A stretch of 33,627 bases of DNA from Octopus bimaculoides (lineage: Eukaryota): positions 36,264,476-36,298,102 of the forward strand of contig NC_068990.1 of NCBI RefSeq assembly GCF_001194135.2, read 5' to 3'. This document shows positions 22,557 to 33,627 of the stretch, one piece after another (positions within the stretch are counted from its first letter, which is position 1; each line of letters opens with the position of its first letter). The position numbers and the translations under genes were made by a program. The notes under the pieces are model-generated. The model worked only from the letters and a program-made list of their open reading frames with translations. It was not told where the DNA came from and made no database searches.

Positions 22557-22784
22557 CTGCAATATTTCTGGAAGTGCTTTCTTCAGTGTGGCACCCTGAA
22601 TACAGTGAAACATTTGTTCCAGCATTTCACTTCTCTCATTGATGTAGTGACTGATTGGATAAAGTGGTTTGCTAAGATTGAGGTCACTGTCTTCAGACCC
22701 TTCCTTTGTTTCAGTATCTTTATCAGAAGTGGTACTTTTATGTTTTTTCTTATTTTTTCTGTTGCTACCGCTAGCAAATGTACT
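22557..22784 (-). CDS. CAAP1: CAAP1-like exon (76 aa) STFASGSNRKNKKKHKSTTSDKDTETKEGSEDSDLNLSKPLYPISHYINERSEMLEQMFHCIQGATLKKALPEILQ
   Basis: Long pyrimidine tract ctttatttccctctttcacttccag acceptor; CAG|gtaata donor; 228 nt open, phase 0-0; the second half resembles my recollection of the conserved CAAP1 block (LKPVSFYISDKKEMLQQCFCIIGEKKLQKMLPDVLK in human); no search was run. Confidence 0.9.
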
Positions 22785-23100
22785 CTGGAAGTGAAAGAGG
22801 GAAATAAAGACGATGAACAGGCACGTTTAAAAGTTGATCCTTCACATTATCAGGGAATAATTAATTCAAAGGATGCGAGTGGATAGGATATCAGATCAAC
22901 CAGAGTATTTTATTGATACTTACTTTTTTAAACCCCAATGAGAGCAAAATGAAGTCAACCACAGCAGGATTAGAACTGGGCACATAGACACAACACTCTA
23001 AGCGTCACAAAGTATTTAGTCTACTGCTTAAATATGTTTTATGCTTTCCATGATAACAGTTTACATTCATAGAAAAGATGTAGTGGTATTCATGAGAATC

Positions 23101-23832
23101 TCTTCAGTTTTGCTCACAGATTAAAATTTTTTTTTTTTAACTAAACGATTTGAAACTTTGTATAATGGTGTAATTTCTCACACTGAACGCGGTTTACTTT
23201 TAATATTTTTTGACAAATTTTGTATTTTAGAAGTTATTTCATGTTAAAGTCATTGTATTTGAGTAATTTTAACCTATCAACGATGTGTATTTTGCTGAAG
23301 AAATCTACTGTTGTATGTGATAGTAATCGAAGAGCAACAACTTCTGGATCATCTCTACTAAATGTCACTACTGTTCTATTTTATTTTATTTTTGTTTATT
23401 GCCTGTGTTGCATATTACACATTTTTTTCTTGTTGTTTTTTTTTTGCTTTTCGATCGACTCATTGTATGAATGGTTAAAATGCAAATGTACAGAGGTGAT
23501 CGAAAAGAAAAAAAAACAAAGAGTGTAATATGCAACACAGGCAGTAAACAAGCATAAAACAGAGCAGAGTGGTGGCATTTAGTAAAGATAACCCGGAAGT
23601 TGTTGCTCTTCAATTACTATTGCATGCAGCAATAGCTTTCTTCAGTAGAATACACATCATTGATTGGTTAAAATTACCCAAATATGACAACTTCAACACG
23701 AAATAACTTCTAAAATACGAAATTTTGTCAAAAATATTGAAAGTAAAACATGTTCAGCATGAGAAATTACACCAGCATACAAAGTCTGAAACGGTTTAAT
23801 TAATAATTAAAAAATCTGAGCGACACTGAAGA
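23101..23832. repeat. Long fold-back / MITE-like inverted repeat (arms 23101-23455 and 23498-23832, 42-nt loop)
   Basis: Arm-to-arm alignment by eye about 80-85% identical over >300 bp, with mostly transition differences. Confidence 0.9.
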
Positions 23833-23934
23833 TAATTTTCCTAACATTATTGATGATTTTCCTGACATCATTGACGCATGCAAATAAATCAACTTACTCC
23901 TTGTCACACCAGGTTGGAGAATAAACTACAAAAT

Positions 23935-24205
23935 GCTAAGTTAGAAGGACAGCAAATTAAGAGTAAAAGTTAGGAGAATAAGTAACAAGTTGCAAGAATA
24001 TGCAACAATAGGAAGCAAATTAAAAGACTAAGCACTAATTGAGAACAGGTACCAAGTTAAGAGAATAATATTGTCAAGTTTAGAGAACAGATGCCAAGTT
24101 AAGAGAATATGTGCCAATATGAGGAATAAGTACCTCTTTAGAGAATAGGTGTCTATTTAGACAAAGGTAATGTGTTGGAGAAAGGTATCTATTTAAAGAA
24201 TAGTT
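23935..24205. repeat. Degenerate ~20-nt tandem repeat (gttaagagaataagtaccaa-like)
   Basis: Recurring a(a/g)gagaat...gtaccaagtt units. Confidence 0.6.
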
Positions 24206-24390
24206 ATTATGACATGAAGTGGAAAGCACATGCCATAGAATAATACCTTATTTTTGTGAAGCATTTATCAGTAACTGAATGTATAATAGGAATTTTGGTA
24301 AATTATAAAGCTATACACTAAATTACAGGTTATATGTGTGAGTGTGTATGGGAGAGAGAGCAAGAGAGATACAGAAGCGAAGAAAAATGG

Positions 24391-24538
24391 AGAAAGAGTG
24401 AGGGAGAGAGAGAAAGAGTGAGGGAGAGAGAGAAAGAGTGAGGGAGAGAGAGAAAGAGTGAGGGAGAGAGAGAAAGAGTGAGGGAGAGAGAGAAAGAGTG
24501 AGGGAGAGAGAGAAAGAGTGAGGGAGAGAGAGAAAGAG
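24391..24538. repeat. 20-nt minisatellite (AGAAAGAGTGAGGGAGAGAG) x7
   Basis: Exact tandem copies. Confidence 0.95.
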
Positions 24539-24858
24539 GCAAAGGGAATGAGAGAGAAATGAAGACGGTGAGGTAGAGAAAGAATGAGAGAAAAAGGAGA
24601 GAGCGGGAGAGATGTATAGATGATGTGAGAGAGAGGGGGGAGAGAAAGAGACAAAGAATAGAGAGTGTTGTACTCTAGTGTTAAAATGGTAGCAAGCTGA
24701 AACAATGACAAGGATTCGATTCATAATTTAGACACTTCCCTATATTTACTCGTCTCACTTGCAATATTTGGCCATGGTCAGTAACTCAGGGAACTATGAA
24801 CAATGCAAAACTGACATGAAACAACACTGTAACAAATACATTGAAATAAAACAAAACA

Positions 24859-24896
<38 letters not shown>

Positions 24897-25434
24897 CCAT
24901 ATATATGATAGTTGTAATCAGGAAAGTGAAATATGGTGAAGATCGATTACATTTTTGAAATCTAATCTATCTGGGATCAAATCAAGCAAGAAATATGTTG
25001 GTAGATGGAGAAATTTTGTCTGGCTGTCTCTTTCAGTTTTTCATCCTTCAACACATATCACACGCATTCAAACACACATATACAGAGGGAGAGAGAGAGA
25101 GATAAGGACGCACATTTATAGAGATATAGGTACATATACATAAACATATACATATATATTTACATAAATATATATTCATATTCAAACAATATATGTACAT
25201 TTATATATACATATATAAACATATATATATATATAAACAAACAGACAGATACAGAAATCCGGATCTGGTATTATCCAATAATTTTTAGCTAGTTTATTTG
25301 TCTATTTGTCTTTTCTCCTGGTGCTGTATGAATACATGATGTGGTTTTATAGTCAAGTTTTGACTGCTATCTCTAGCATGGTGGTATCTCTTAGATACCC
25401 TTAATTAAAATTTTAATATACATACATATACAAC

Positions 25435-25562
25435 ACCAGGCTCTGCCAAATTAGACTGGAGCCTGGTGTTGCCATCCGGTTTCACCAGTCCTCAGTCAAA
25501 TCGTCCAACCCATGCTAGCATGGAAAGCGGACGTTAAACGATGATGATGATGATGATGATGA
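25435..25562 (+). mobile_element. Short 5'-truncated RTE 3' end with (GAT)n tail
   Basis: Matches 4220-4331. Confidence 0.85.
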
Positions 25563-25565
25563 TAT

Positions 25566-25985
25566 AAGGCATAGGAGTGGCTGTGTGGTAAGTAGCTTGC
25601 TTACCAACCACATAGTCCCGGGTTCAGTCCCACTGCGTGGCATCTTGGGCAAGTGTCTTCTACTATAGCCTCGGGCCGACCAAAGCCTTGTGAGTGGATT
25701 TGGTAGACGGAAACTGAAAGAAGCCTGTCGTATATATGTATATATATATATATATGTATGTGTGTATGTGTTTGTATGTCTGTGTTTGTCACCCCCCCCC
25801 CAACATTGCTTGACAACCAATGCTGGTGTGTTTATGTCCCCGTAACTTAGCGGTTCAGCAAAAGAGACCGATAGAATAAGTACTAGGCTTCCAAAGAATA
25901 AGCCCTGGGGTCGATTTGCTCGACTAAAGGCGGTGCTCCAGCATGGCCAGTCAAAAGACTGAAACAAGTAAAAGAGTAAAGAGTA
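25566..25985 (+). mobile_element. tRNA-derived SINE family A (CORE-like CTTGGGCAAGT segment, internal TA/TG microsatellite), full length
   Basis: A-box-like TGGCTGTGTGG and B-box GGTTCAGTCCC; body repeated about ten times in the window; ends gaaacaagtaaaagag. Confidence 0.85.
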
Positions 25986-26130
25986 TATATAAATATATAT
26001 ACATATTTATATATATAGACACATATACGCGCACAAATATAGCTATACACATACATATATATATATATATACTCACACACACACACATATATACATACAT
26101 ATTTATATATATACATATACATACACATAC

Positions 26131-26203
<73 letters not shown>

Positions 26204-27179
26204 NNNNNNNNNNCACACATACACACACATTTATATATATATATACACATATGCACACACATACATATGTATATATATATATATATATACATATATACAT
26301 ATGCACACACTATCTTCGAAATGTCTAGTTAGAATAGAGGCAGCTGATGAATAATTCCAAGTGACTTTCTGTTTTCCTATGTGTTTGTTCCGTTGTCTGT
26401 AGTTCATTGTTCTAACGTCCTGTACCCTGATATGCATCTATANNNNNNNNNNTTCTAACGTCCTGTACCCTGATATGCATCTATATACACATGTAGATGT
26501 AAGTATATACATATATGTGTGTATACATGCATATATATTCGTTGTATTATTACATCATTGAACGCACACATCCTTTTTGCAAGTAAGACTGTACTTTATT
26601 ATTCTGACGTGACTATCTATCTATTTATCTATCTGTCTTCCTCTATCTTTCTATCTATCCCTCTATCTACCTATTTATCTTTCTTCTTACCCATCTCCCC
26701 CTCTCGCTCTGCTTCTTTCTGTTATTCTAACTTCTACTTCACTGCTATACACTCCTGTCTCTTCCTCCTTGTTCCACTTCCTCCCTCCACCATCCTCTCT
26801 GCTCTCGTGTGACCTGTGGTCAACTTTNNNNNNNNNNNNNNNNNNNNNNNNNNNNNNNNNNNNNNNNNNNNNNNNNNNNNNNNNNNNNNNNNNNNNNNNN
26901 NNNNNNNNNNNNNNNNNNNNNNNNNNNNNNNNNNNNNNNNNNNNNNNNNNNNNNNNNNNNNNNNNNNNNNNNNNNNNNNNNNNNNNNNNNNNNNNNNNNN
27001 NNNNNNNNNNNNNNNNNNNNNNNNNNNNNNNNNNNNNNNNNNNNNNNNNNNNNNNNNNNNNNNNNNNNNNNNNNNNNNNNNNNNNNNNNNNNNNNNNNNN
27101 NNNNNNNNNNNNNNNNNNNNNNNNNNNNNNNNNNNNNNNNNNNNNNNNNNNNNNNNNNNNNCACATACATATATAAAGA

Positions 27180-27230
<51 letters not shown>

Positions 27231-27244
27231 TACATATATAAAGA

Positions 27245-27283
<39 letters not shown>

Positions 27284-28097
27284 GACGCACACAAACATAC
27301 ATATGTGTTTGTGCATAAGTTACAGTGATTTGGCGGGGAGGGTTTAGATATCAACTTCAAGCTCTTGTTTGGCTAACACCTTGCACATACACACACGCAC
27401 ACTACTGAGAGAGCCAAAGTAAGCAGGGTGTGAATTCAGAGTTGTCTTGGTAGATAAATCATCATGAGGCACCAATGTTACTGAAAAATCCAGCAAGGTA
27501 GCAGGGTGTTGAGGAAGGGAATTGGGGGTAGGGGTCAAGAGGGAGTCGGTGGAGGGGTTGAAAAGAAGAAGGAGTCAGGGCCAAGGAAGGGTTGGAATCA
27601 GTGAGAGGTTTAGGGTTGGGGGTGGCACAGGGGTTCTGGAGGTCACAGAGGTGGTTGAGGTGTGAGGGTTGATGAGAATGTGCCAGTGAGAGGGGAAGTA
27701 TTTGTCTTACTCTGAAGCTGCTGCAGCTGATGATGACAATGGCAAGGATGATGATGATCATCATGGTGATGATGATGATGATGACAATGTTAATATTGAT
27801 GACCGCAACATTCATGATGTTGATGATGATGATGATGATACCAATGATTAATTTACCATTAAAGACCATAAAAAGAAAAACTATGGCAAACCTTTGGCAA
27901 AGTCAATGTGTCATAGTAGCAGACCAACTGGAAATCTAGCTGGATGAGGGTGAGAGCTAGATGGTGATGTGTGTGGGAGTGTGTGTGTGTGTTTAAGAAG
28001 GAAGCCTTTGGTTCATGGCACTGTTTTTTTCAGTGAGGGGAGGGGAAAAGTGTTTTTAGTTGTATTTTTTTGTTTTTATTTACATTTCTTTTTCTGG

Positions 28098-28132
<35 letters not shown>

Positions 28133-28495
28133 CTTATTTCTTATGGCACTAATAGAGAGTGATGCGAGAATGATAATATAAGAGATGGTAGTAGGAAATG
28201 AAAGGAAAGAAGGCAGGAATAGAATAAAGAAAAAAAAATTGGAAAAATTAAAAAAAAAAAAAACAAGAATATAAACAGAGCAAAAGAAAAAAAAGAAAAA
28301 GTGGGTAGCAATGAAGAAATTGGGAATAATGATGAAAAATAAAAGAAATGGAAGACACAGAACGACAGAGAGGAAGGACATAAAATAATGCGGAAGATAA
28401 AATATTCTTATGACTATCTCCAAGACTAGTTAAACTGTATTAGAATTGTTAATATCATTGGTAATGTGTTTATCATTTTATTTTGGGGAATTTTT

Positions 28496-29150
28496 GCTGT
28501 TCAACCCCAAGTCAGCTTTATTGATTAAAGTATTCTAACCATCACTGTGCCATTTTTTATTCAAATGTACCAATTCTGGGTTTACAATATCAAATGTGCC
28601 CTCTCTTATTTTTTCTTTTTTTTTGTGGGTTTTTTTTTATTTTTGTTTTAGACAACAGAAAGATTTGACTGCTGTTTCAAGCAGGTCAAGTGACCTGGAG
28701 GTGCCCCGTGTTGTTTAACCCTAGGTTGGCCCTAACTGAGCAGATTTATGATCAAAGACATTTAAACCATGACCTTCCCCTTTTGAACATCGAGAACTAC
28801 ATAGTCGAATGTATCCTTCCTACTTTTAAATGGTAAGGTGTGATTTGAGGGAGATTTGGCCACTATTTCTAGCTGGTCAAGTGACCACATGGAGGTCCCT
28901 GCAGGTATTCGAGATACCTTTTGTTGTTCTTGTTGTATAGCCCCTAATCAGACCTATGATCAAAGGCCGATCCAGTTATGGCCACATAGTCTTTTACTAT
29001 GGTATATCATATCCTAGGCTCCATTATCCAAAGTGTCCTTCCTTTTATACAATTCTAGGGTGTGATCTTAGGCAGATTTGGCTGCTATTTCTGAGGCTCT
29101 GTCATTTATTCGTGAAACCCATAATAACCAACGACCTGCCTACAGAGTCA
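28496..29150. repeat. Three head-to-tail diverged copies (~190-230 bp) of an interspersed repeat (family E); solo copy at ~5365-5575
   Basis: Recurring ttgtt(t/c)aaccc...tatgatcaaag...gtgtgatttgagggagatttggc...ggtcaagtgacc blocks at 28496, 28709, 28921. Confidence 0.75.
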
Positions 29151-29207
29151 CAGAAACTATTCCAAGTCAAACCATTACAATGAAAAATGAAAAGAACGTG
29201 ATGTCAC

Positions 29208-29348
29208 CTTAGTTTTCCGTTTACTGTGATGGTGGGGTTTGTCTTCCTTCTTGGACTTTTTCTGGCGATCATGTCGTTCCTTCTTCTTTTTCCTTTCCAG
29301 AGCTGCATCGCTTTGGGTAGAATCTGCCAGCATTTTGGCAGTAGGCAT
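29208..29348 (-). CDS. CAAP1: CAAP1-like gene, first coding exon (exon 29208-29412 includes 64 nt of 5' UTR); MPTAKMLADSTQSDAALERKKKKERHDRQKKSKKEDKPHHHSKRKTK
   Basis: Acceptor ttttccttgttttcag ends at 29413; ACCACCATG Kozak-like start at 29348; in-frame TAA upstream in the same exon; donor AAG|gtgaca at 29207; 141 nt, phase 0, joins in frame to 22784. Confidence 0.8.
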
Positions 29349-29674
29349 GGTGGTTAGTTTCAATGGGGCAAATATTTTTTCTTGGTGATGGAATTATGCT
29401 AAATTTGAAATTCTGAAAACAAGGAAAATAATTCTATTGGAGGAAAGAAACAAGACAATAGAGAAATTGAAATATGAAAGAGGAATATAAAGCAGGTCCA
29501 GAAATACTGGTCCCAAATTTTGGCACAATTTTGGTACAGTCTTAACCAGCAATTTCGGTGGGGGGGTAAGTTGATTACATTGACTCCAGTACTCAACTGG
29601 TATTTATTTTATCACCTCCAATAGGAAAGGTGAAGCCGACATCATCAGAATTTGAACACAGAATTAAAGAAGGC

Positions 29675-29876
29675 CATGCTGGAGCATGCGGCCATGCTGG
29701 AGCTCCACCTTTTAGTCAAGCAAATCGACCCCAGGACTTTTTCTTTGGAAGCCTAGTATTTATTTTATCAGTCTCTTTTGCTGAAATGCTAAGTTATGGA
29801 GGACGTAAACACTCCACCATCAGTTGTCAAGCAATGTTGGGGGGACAAACACAGACACACAAACATATACACACAA

Positions 29877-29927
<51 letters not shown>

Positions 29928-30095
29928 CGACGGGCTTCTTTCAGTTTCCATCAACCAAATCCACTCATAAGGCTTTGGTCGGCCCGAGGCTATAGTAGAA
30001 GACATTTGCTCAAAGTACCACGCAGTGGGAATGAACCCGGAACCATGTGGTTGGTAAGCAAGCTACTTACCACACAGCCACTCCTGTGCCTATAT
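29675..30095 (-). mobile_element. SINE family A, full length, inverted relative to 25566-25985
   Basis: Reverse complement matches 25566-25960 including the internal (TA)n. Confidence 0.85.
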
Positions 30096-30229
30096 ATGTA
30101 TGTATATATATATATATATATATATGGGAGATTATACAAAAAATAACAACAGACGAGGACAGGTGGTGTAAATAACAAAAGTATATATTAGTATGACGCT
30201 CGGGAATACGGAAAGTCTTATGTATATAT

Positions 30230-30552
30230 ATGTAAGGACTTTCGAGCGAGATCGTTGCCAATGCCCCTGGACTGGCTCTTGTGCAGGTGGCACATAAAAT
30301 ACACCGTTTTGAGCATGGCCGTTGCCAGTACCGCCTGACTGGCCCTCGTGCTGGTGGCACGTAAAAGCACCCACTACACTCTCAGAGTGGTTAGCGTTAG
30401 GAAGGGCATCCAGCTGTAGAAACTCTGCCAAATCAGATTGGAGCCTGGTGTAGCCATCTGGTTTCACCAGTCCTCAGTCAAATCATCCAACCCATGCTAG
30501 CATGGAAAGCAGATGTTAAACGACGATGATGATGATGATGATGATGATGATG
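30230..30552 (+). mobile_element. RTE 3'-UTR copy with (GAT)n tail
   Basis: Near-identical to 4030-4331. Confidence 0.85.
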
Positions 30553-31020
30553 ATATACATATCATTATCATCATTTAATGTCTATTTTCCATGCTGGTAT
30601 ATGTCTATAAGTTGTTCACCAACTACATACACACAAACTCACACCTATATATAAAACTTCGGGTGTTTTACTAAACCCTTTCAAGTCTTGGTTACGTTGA
30701 CAGTTAACTGAAACACAGATGGCTGCAGAGTAGTCATTAGAAATGGGTACTTAGCTGTTATTTCTAGTAAGTTAAGCAAATAGAAATTTTTATATCATTT
30801 TGGCCAGTGGAGTGTTGCTGAGTGGTATTGTGTGATGACATAAAGAGTGGTATGAAATGAAGAGTGGTAGGAGAGGAACGGTGTGGAGCAGTATGGTGCA
30901 AAGTGGAGTGGTGCAGTGTGTAGTGGAGTGTGTAGTGTCATGGCAGTGAGAAGTGTGGTATGACAATATATAACAGTAGTAGATCAACAACAGAAGTAAA
31001 CAACAGTGCATATGTGAGGT

Positions 31021-31060
31021 GGGGAGAGAGAGAGAAAGAGAGAGAGAAAGACAGAAAGAC

Positions 31061-31097
<37 letters not shown>

Positions 31098-31124
31098 AAG
31101 AGATATATATAGAGAGAGAGAGAA

Positions 31125-31223
<99 letters not shown>

Positions 31224-31235
31224 GAGAGAAAGAGT
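31021..31235. repeat. (GA)n/(GAAA) microsatellite; similar at 9541-9652 and 10934-10990
   Basis: Directly visible. Confidence 0.95.
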
Positions 31236-31780
31236 GTATATACACCTCTAAGTGCACACGGACACATTCTCATTCTCACACGTACAGACGATATCTTGCC
31301 CACACTGCTACACACATATACACATAGTCAAACACAAATATACATTCTCACTCTCACATAAGCACGATCACTCACACATAACATGCAAACACACACACAA
31401 TCTCACACATTCATACACACTCCCACACATACACGCAATCACACATCGCCACCCACCTCTCTCTCTCTCTCAATCTCACCCCTCCTCTAACTTATAGGGG
31501 CCTTTCACAGTAAGCTATATGAACAGACAGTAATGTGACTCTAAGGGCCAATGGCCAGTATGTAGTGGCACAGAGAGTAACAGCAGCAGCAGCTGAAGGG
31601 ATTCATATATCCCTGACCCCTCAGTGCCATCTGGTTGTCCATCTGGATAGGTACAGTGGGTAAGGGGTTAAGGGGGTAGATTTGTTTTTTTTTCAATGTT
31701 TGTTACTTTTTGGGGGGGGTTTTGTAAGGACAGACAGCTGAAAGAAGCAAGACAACTGAATGACATAGTAACACACGTGT

Positions 31781-31833
<53 letters not shown>

Positions 31834-32002
31834 AATAAATTACACATATATATATATATGTATGAGTACATGAGTTTTAGATGTTTGGAAAGGATCACAA
31901 AATAATAAATCATAAAATGTTTGAACTGAACTCAGTGAATTGTAAATGACGAGAAATATAACACACACAAACATATATACATTATATATACACATTATAT
32001 CT

Positions 32003-32047
<45 letters not shown>

Positions 32048-32729
32048 NNNNNNNNNNNNNNNNNNNNNNNNNNNNNNNNNNNNNNNNNNNNNNNNNNNNN
32101 NNNNNNNNNNNNNNNNNNNNNNNNNNNNNNNNNNNNNNNNNNNNNNNNNNNNNNNNNNNNNNNNNNNNNNNNNNNNNNNNNNNNNNNNNNNNNNNNNNNN
32201 NNNNNNNNNNNNNNNNNNNNNNNNNNNNNNNNNNNNNNNNNNNNNNNNNNNNNNNNNNNNNNNNNNNNNNNNNNNNNNNNNNNNNNNNNNNNNNNNNNNN
32301 NNNNNNNNNNNNNNNNNNNNNNNNNNNNNNNNNNNNNNNNNNNNNNNNNNNNNNNNNNNNNNNNNNNNNNNNNNNNNNNNNNNNNNNNNNNNNNNNNNNN
32401 NNNNNNNNNNNNNNNNNNNNNNNNNNNNNNNNNNNNNNNNNNNNNNNNNNNNNNNNNNNNNNNNNNNNNNNNNNNNNNNNNNNNNNNNNNNNNNNNNNNN
32501 NNNNNNNNNNNNNNNNNNNNNNNNNNNNNNNNNNNNNNNNNNNNNNNNNNNNNNNNNNNNNNNNNNNNNNNNNNNNNNNNNNNNNNNNNNNNNNNNNNNN
32601 NNNNNNNNNNNNNNNNNNNNNNNNNNNNNNNNNNNNNNNNNNNNNNNNNNNNNNNNNNNNNNNNNNNNNNNNNNNNNNNNNNNNNNNNNNNNATATATAT
32701 ATACATATATAGATAGATAGATAGTTGTG

Positions 32730-33627
32730 GTGTGCAAGAGAGACGATTGCGCTAGTATGGTCATTTGGCGAGGACAAATGAGGATAGCTGTGTGAAAAAG
32801 TACCACAGCCTAGCAGTTGAGGGTACCTGTGGAAGAGGTAGACCAAGGAAGACGTGGGATGAGGTGGTGAAGCACGACCTTTGAACATTAGGCCTCACTG
32901 AGGCAATGACTAGTAACTGAGACTTTTAGAAATATGCTGTATGTGAGAAGACCCGGCAAGACAAGTGGGACCATAACCCATGGCCTTTACCAGGGGTGTG
33001 GCCAGCCCACTTATGCGTACCTTTCCTTCTTTGGACACAAATCCCTGCTTGCAAAGACCTGTTGAGGCAAGTGAAATAGAAATCGAAATCGAACCAAATT
33101 CGACGACTGGCACCCATGGCAACCTTCCTTCATTGGACACTAAACTCTGCTTGCGAAGACCTGTTGGGGCAAGTGAAATCGTAACTGAACAAAATTCGAT
33201 GACTGGCACCCTTGCTAGTGGAGTGCTAACAGCACCATCCGAGCGGGATCACTACCAGAGCAGCAGTCTGGCTTCCGTGCTGATGGCATGTAAAAAGCAC
33301 CATTTGAGCGTGACCGTTACCAGCGTTGCCTTACTGGCATTTGTGCCGGTGGCATGTGAACAAAACAATCGAGTGAGGTCATCGACAGCGCTGCTGGACT
33401 GACTCCTGTGCAGGTGGCACATAAGAATACCATTTGAACGTGACCGCTGCCAATATCGCCAGATTGGCCCTTGTGCCGGTGGCATGTAAAAGCACTCACT
33501 ACACTCTCGGAGTGGTTGGCGTTAGGAAGGGCATCCAGCTGTAGAAATTCTGCCAGATCAGATTGAAGCCTGGTGGAGCCATCTGCTTCGCCAGTCCTCA
33601 GTCAAATCACCCAACCCATGCTAGCAC
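32730..33627 (+). mobile_element. 5'-truncated RTE-clade LINE: ORF2 C-terminus (32732-~32965) plus long tandemly repeated 3' UTR running off the window
   Basis: Translates VQERRLR*YGHLARTNEDSCVKK...GTCGRGRPRKTWDEVVKHDL*TLGL, the RLRWxGH...GRPRKTW motif of RTE ORF2; stops are TAG/TGA at Trp/Arg positions. Confidence 0.85.

Noticed and set aside
22605-22886. Plus-strand 93-aa ORF overlapping the CAAP1 exon
   Set aside because: Antisense shadow of the real exon; no independent splice or homology evidence
31500-31700. Unique sequence that might be the CAAP1 non-coding first exon or promoter
   Set aside because: No clear donor, CpG enrichment or core promoter motif; cannot be supported without transcript data
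32980-33402. 140-aa ORF with internal repeats
   Set aside because: Lies in the repeated 3' UTR downstream of RTE ORF2; the repeats reflect the DNA duplication
33250-33500. Regularly spaced ~25-nt repeats with ~40-nt intervals resembling a CRISPR array (also 4030-4170)
   Set aside because: Eukaryotic context, no cas genes, intervals are homologous to each other, and the block lies in an RTE LINE 3' UTR

Overview
AT-rich, microsatellite- and retroposon-dense eukaryotic scaffold with six N-gaps. The repeat families and composition look like an octopus (coleoid cephalopod) genome; this is an inference. One protein-coding gene is supported, on the minus strand: a CAAP1 (caspase activity and apoptosis inhibitor 1 / C9orf82) homologue. 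Four coding exons (29208-29348, 22557-22784, 21979-22063, 5020-5085) splice in frame with GT-AG sites into 173 codons, and the gene continues beyond the left edge. Almost everything else is intron: a decayed Hsmar1-like mariner with TIRs, a hAT MITE with an 8-bp TSD, piggyBac-like MITEs, RTE-clade LINE remnants with a tandemly repeated 3' UTR, and several tRNA-derived SINE families, four copies with clear TSDs. The features most worth a second look are intronic RNA structures: a ~730-nt fold-back, a near-perfect 43-bp hairpin, a pre-miRNA-like hairpin, a Penelope-type minimal hammerhead-like motif, and inverted SINE pairs around the start-codon exon. None of these is proven to be a new biological system. 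Nearly all ORFs in the supplied track are simple-repeat or gap artefacts.
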